DNA from: Euglena gracilis
Lineage: Eukaryota
Assembly: GCA_039621445.1 (NCBI GenBank)
Contig: CP154954.1
Coordinates: 12,332,716 to 12,396,715, forward strand
Direction of reading: 5' to 3'
DNA length: 64,000 bases
The position numbers were made by a program, and so were the translations under genes. Below are positions 58,691 through 64,000 of this stretch, piece by piece. Each line of letters starts with the position of its first letter. The stretch's first letter is position 1. Under the pieces are notes generated by a model, which worked only from the letters and a program-made list of their open reading frames with translations, searched no databases and was not told where the DNA came from.

Positions 58691-61409
58691 TGGCATGTTA
58701 AGTTTAATGCCCCCCGGGGGGTACTAAACTTGACACCAGGTTGGGCACCCCATATATATTTTTGTCTATATCTATATATCTATATATCTATATCTATATA
58801 TATTATTTTAGTTGGGGGGGGACCTCTGGACCCCCCCCCCCCAGGGGGGGGGGGGTCTAGCTGGTCCATTTTTTTCCAGTGTCCAGCAAAATGGCTAATT
58901 AGCGGTAATTAGTGGTAGTAATCAATTGTGGTAAGTGGTTAGTAATTAATTAGTGGTAGTAATCCTTAAGCAATGGCCTGATTGGAACGTTCCCTGTTCC
59001 ATTTTTTTTAATGCTCGATGAAGGCAGACTGCTCTCGAGCTCTTCCTTTTGCTTTTTGAGAGTGTAAATTTCCCCAAAAGTATTGAAGCATGGTTCACCC
59101 CCTCACTCAAAAAGACTCGATGCGACCAAGGCGCTTAGGGGGAGGGGTGTGGGCAGCCAACGATTTATTTTCCAGTCCAGGAACCTAACGTCCCATCGTT
59201 TTAGTTTGATTCCCGTTGTTCTGTTGCCCTCTGGGTATCGTATTGTGTCATCTTTTGCCCATATATTTTGGCAAAACACGGATCTCAAACAGATTGCATA
59301 GCTCGAATTCTGATCTTCATTTTCCCCAATCGGATTTGTATGTTTCTTCTGATATATGGGCGTTCTGCAGCTTCAATTTTTTGCCCACCCCTCCAGCTGG
59401 GTACCTGCCCCATTCAGGGCGTCACTTAAGCCGGAAGGCACCCAATTCCCCATAAGGGGGTCCGGCCTTTTTCCAACGGCGGACCCCCCTCCTTCCCCCA
59501 AACGAGTTTTACGTTATATTTTATTTTCCAGCGGCCTGAAACTTAGCCGGACGGTGACGGATTTTTGGCTTTCGGGGGTGCGAAAATGGGCAAAAAAATG
59601 GGTCGGATTTGGGCTCACCAGGGTAAATTTGGGACCAAAAGATTGATTTTTTTTTTGCAGTTCCTTGGGGGATTTTGGCAGTTTCAATTTTTTGGTACCC
59701 AGTTTGACCCCGGGTTGGGCCCAACTCCAACCGGGGACTCCTGTATGGGGGGCGAGGGGAGGGGGTTAGCCAGTAGCCTTTTTGTAGCCAGCCCAATTTT
59801 TCCAGCCTGGACCCCCCCCCTCCCCCGGGGTCACGGATCAACAACCTGGCCCCCCACCAGCAGCTTTGTCCCAGTGAGCCCACACCGCCAAGCTTCTTTG
59901 CTTCCCTATGGACTGCCACGCGACGCTGGGTTGCAAACGGACACTTCCAGTGTGTCGGTTCCCTGGCAGCGCTCCCGGAGAAGGGGATCGACGCGGCCGC
60001 GGACGTCGTCGCGGAGCTCCTGCTGCTGGCCGCCGGGGACCGAGCGTTCTTGCTGGTCCTGCGGGCTCGACACCACAGCCGGGCTCTCGCCGTGCTGCGC
60101 CGGCATTTGCCCGAGGCCCCCTTTCCGACATTCCGCGTGAATGTTTGTGCGGCCGCCTGCTGTGTTTATTTTTTATTTTTTTTAATTTTATTCTTAAAAA
60201 TGCGGACCTGGGGGATGAGATTCGGGAGAGCTCCGCTTCACCAAACCTTCCACAGGATATTATTGCATTGAGACCCCCACCGCTCGATGATTTCCCAAAA
60301 TGCCTCCCTTCCTGAATTGAGGCATGTTACAGACCCGTTACTGCCCTTTTTCACCTGATACGGGGCACAAACCCAGGAGTTCATCCCTCCCACCAGGCAG
60401 AATGGAACCATTATATTCATCGACAGACATTCTGAATCTACGGGCTTTCCAATCGACTCACCACAAGGCATTCACCCAGGTGAGGGTGGGACCCAGATGG
60501 TGGACACATCATGGGTCTTGGGTATCTTTCCTGTTCTGGTCTGCTTTTACACTTGTTTCTTTTTTTGTTTCCATAACGAAACATTGCTCATTGTGTCGAC
60601 TTGCTGTGCATTCAATGCAGCCCACCCCAATTTGAAGCTCCCTATTATGGACCGTCATTTTGTTGCCAGCATTTTTTATCAGTATTTTTTGATCCACACA
60701 AAACCGTCCCCAAATTTTTCCCATTCTCTACCCCGCCTTTCTCCTATTTCATCCTGTCAACGTGTTAAATGGGGTAAAATTAAATTGATATCATTAAATA
60801 TTTACTAAATTAGAAATAATTATTCATTATAATTTATAATAAATATATTATTAAGTTAAATTCAATTAATTAAACGTATTAAAACATGTAGACACCCATG
60901 AGGGGTTCGGTTTCGGGTCTGGAATGAAGCCAACCCCTTTAACATTGTGCCTTCCAGAGGCGTTGCTCCACCCACGTCTTTCCCCGGGGCGATTTGAACT
61001 GCTTCCCCTCCTCCATTTCTGCCATCCCCTCCTTCATTTCTTCTCTGCTGATCATTTTCTCCCCTGGCCGAAACCCCAGGTGTGCGGCTCCCATCTGGAG
61101 GTTTTTTAATTTTGGTTTTAATTTTGGTGACCCAGGGGGGGGGGGTTGGTCTGCCTCCCCCCTGGGGGGAGGTCGGCCGAGCAGGTACCCCGCCGGAGGC
61201 GGGGTTTTTCTATTTTTTTTTTCCGGTGCAAAGCGCGGATATTCGCCTTGCGCAATTTTTTTTTGTTTTTTTTGGGCCTCAAAATTGACCCCGCAAAAGT
61301 GGGTCCCCCCCGCCCCCCCCCCCCCGCCCGGCGTTGGGTGCGTTGGTCCGAATCCGCCTCCCCGGGTCCTAAAAAAAAAACCCATCTCGCCCCTCCGTGC
61401 CAAACTGGG

Positions 61410-61570
61410 GGCGTCGCCCGCGCTCCGGCACTGGCGGGCGCGGACCCGCCGCATCGCCGCCGTGCTCCGGGGCTGGCAGGCGTACGAGGCGCAGGTCCGG
61501 CAGGCGGGGCTGCTGCCGGCCCGGGCCGGCCGGCGGAGCCGCGTCCTGTTCAGCCCGGGCCTCCTCTTGT
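61410..61570 (+). CDS. Possible isolated exon (ALRHWRARTRRIAAVLRGWQAYEAQVRQAG...)
   Basis: Sharp island in which nearly all codons end in G/C; boundaries unknown. Confidence 0.35.
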
Positions 61571-64000
61571 TTCCCATTCGCATAGATTCGCATAGGAGCG
61601 TTCTTTTTGGGGCAGCGGATCTCGCAGTTGAGGATTTGTGTGTTCCTTTGTGCGTTTCCGCAAAAAGGAACTCGTTTTTTGTTTTGGGTCCACGTCTTTG
61701 AACTGCTGGCTGGCCCTCCGTGTGTGTATTCATGTGTGCGCATGTGTACTTGCACGTTTTTTTTTTGTGATAAAGGCCGAATTTCAACTTTTCTGACCCT
61801 CCGAAAATTATCACAGAGTTGCGAAACCTCCAGGTTTAACCCAAAAAATAAGAAATTTCACAATATTCTGGACTGCACTGTTCTTCTGCCTACCTTTTTT
61901 CCTGCCTATCAATTTCGTGGGTTTCCCCTACTTTTTTTGCAGACACCCACCAGGAGACCTCCCAGTTGGAGCCTATTTTGGGGTCACGTTTGGGACCCGC
62001 ACCCTGGTCCTCCCCTTCCCAAACACACCCCAATCCCAAACACAAACTCTCTGCTTCAGTGCATTTCCTTCGCCCCTCCGCACTTCACCCGCGTTCGCTT
62101 CCGGAGTATCCCGCCAGGCATTCCAACCCCGCCACAGCAGGGCGGAACGGGAATCCTGGAAACCCCCGGGGGGTGGTGGTGGTGGTGGGTGCGGGCTGAC
62201 CATGCCCCCTATCCTGGTGGCCCTGCGTTCCTCCGAAGCCTTAAGCCCACAAAGGCGTTCCAATGGTATGCAGTTAAGGTTCCATCCTTGCAGTTAAGGG
62301 GTACCGCATACCGGATCAGGCTCCTGGGTGGGGCTGTACGGGAAAAGCCTGCAGGGGAGGTCGACCCCCCCCCCCGCCCCCCCCACAACCCCCACAAGGG
62401 GGGGTCAACCCATATCCAATGGTGGTTCGAAAATTTTTTTTTGATCTGAGCATCGACGACCTTGGGGAGAGCAGAAAGGGAGGGGAGGGTCGAACCTGAG
62501 GGGAATGCAAACACGGAAATCCCCCGCAAGGAAAGATGTCCAGTTTTGTTCAACTCTCGGCCCCTGAATATGTATTCAAAAATTTTGAAATCCATCTAGT
62601 CTGTCTGGTCCATGTTCATCGAACGCAACATCCACACAACGCCCCCAACTGTCCACCATTTTTTTCAACACCATTCGGAAAGTTTTGCCGTGGAATGATT
62701 TCCCCCTGCGCCAAAGAAGAGGCCTGTGTTTGTCCGACGATTGTCCCTGATGAACCGGCTGCTGCTTCTTTGCAGTCGAGTTCAGGCAGTTTTTTTTTGG
62801 GGCATGGCCCACCCCCGTGGGCAGACTGTATTTTCAGTAAACTGGGCCAGAAACGAAACTAGCGCCGGCCATAAAGAGACAAGAAGCCTTAGTGCAACGA
62901 ACGGGGGGGGGGGTGCATGCCTGGGCTGGCACTGCAAGGCACCAGAAACCACACCTCTCCCCCCTGAGTGAGGGGGCGCATTGTCAAAAGTTGAGCACTG
63001 GGCGTCAGCCCAGAAAGGCCCCGTTTTTATTTGGTGAATTGCTGCCCACCGCCAGGCAGGCACTAACCCCCCATGGGGGGGTTAGTGCCTGGGGGGGGGG
63101 GGTTGTTGGAGACCCGTGCCCTCCCTGGGGTTTGCGAAATTCAGCCCAGCTGGATAGGAATGGCCACATGGGAATTGGCCACAGGACTCCAAAGGGGATT
63201 TTCATCATGTGTCTCGCACGATGCCGGTCAGCAGCGCCCTGCCCAGGAGCTGAAGGAGGGAACAGTGCAGACCCTCTACAGAGAGCGGCACGCCGCATAT
63301 CGCCGGGCTCTGCGGGAATGGAAAGCACAGCGACTTGGTCACGGCTTATATTGCAAAGAGCGTTGAGCGTCACACCTTTGCCTCCTCAAAAGGAGGAAGA
63401 GTTTGCTTGTCTCACAAGCTTATTTGGCATCATAAAAGCAATTACATTTTAAAAATTTTAAAATGGGACAAAAATTCAACCAGTTGTCTATATTTTTTTT
63501 TAAAATATTGGTATCTAGCACACTGGGTGAACCCTCACCCCAAATAATCCCCCCCCCTTGGGGTCTGACTTCGCCGTCCGAGTCAATCCCCCCCCCATTA
63601 TTCGGGCAGGCGACCAAGATTTTGCCCTGAAAATGTGGATAAAAATCAACATTTCTGACGATAAATTGCAACAATATCAACTTTTCTGGATCTTCTGGCC
63701 TCCAAAAATGTTAAATTTCATGTGAAAGTAATAATGACCCCAAAGGGGGGTTTTCGGTGCTATTTTGGGTCCTCTCGGACTTCGAAAGATTTCGAAAAAT
63801 TTGAGGAGCTATCACCCCCCCCCCCCAAATGGTACCCCCCCCCCCCTCCTGCCTGGACTTCGGGCGAAAAATTAATACCCGGCGGGGTATTATTTGGGAG
63901 GTGGGTTTAGCTGTCACTGTGGTGTGTGTGTGCACTGACTGCCACGTCCAAAATGTACATGAAAATGTGAATGTGATTGTAGATGTAATGTAAATGTCAA

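Overview
Repeat-dense eukaryotic nuclear DNA, almost certainly from a euglenid: a 25-nt exact match to the Euglena spliced-leader (SL) exon lies at 28771-28795 on the minus strand. The window begins with the 3' part of a Gypsy/chromovirus LTR retrotransposon (RNase H end, integrase, chromodomain, PPT, 197-bp LTR) that abuts a GC3-rich coding region. Most of the rest is nested MITEs and DNA-transposon relics (hAT-type with 8-bp TSDs, TA-flanked elements, a GGAGCTGGGGT-TIR family with 3-bp TSDs), tandem duplications and microsatellites. The main finding is a ~7-kb minus-strand CRE-clade non-LTR retrotransposon (about 21.8-28.8 kb). It starts with an SL exon 10 nt before its ATG. Across four frame breaks it encodes one probable polyprotein: coiled coil and Pro-rich repeats, a Zn finger, a Dam/DIRS-like amino-methyltransferase (IDAFA...NPPF), a 2A ribosome-skipping peptide (GDIESNPGP), a C2H2 finger, reverse transcriptase (YLDD), a CCHC knuckle and a restriction-like endonuclease. 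A long hairpin follows in the 3' region. All calls come from reading motifs by eye; no database searches were run.
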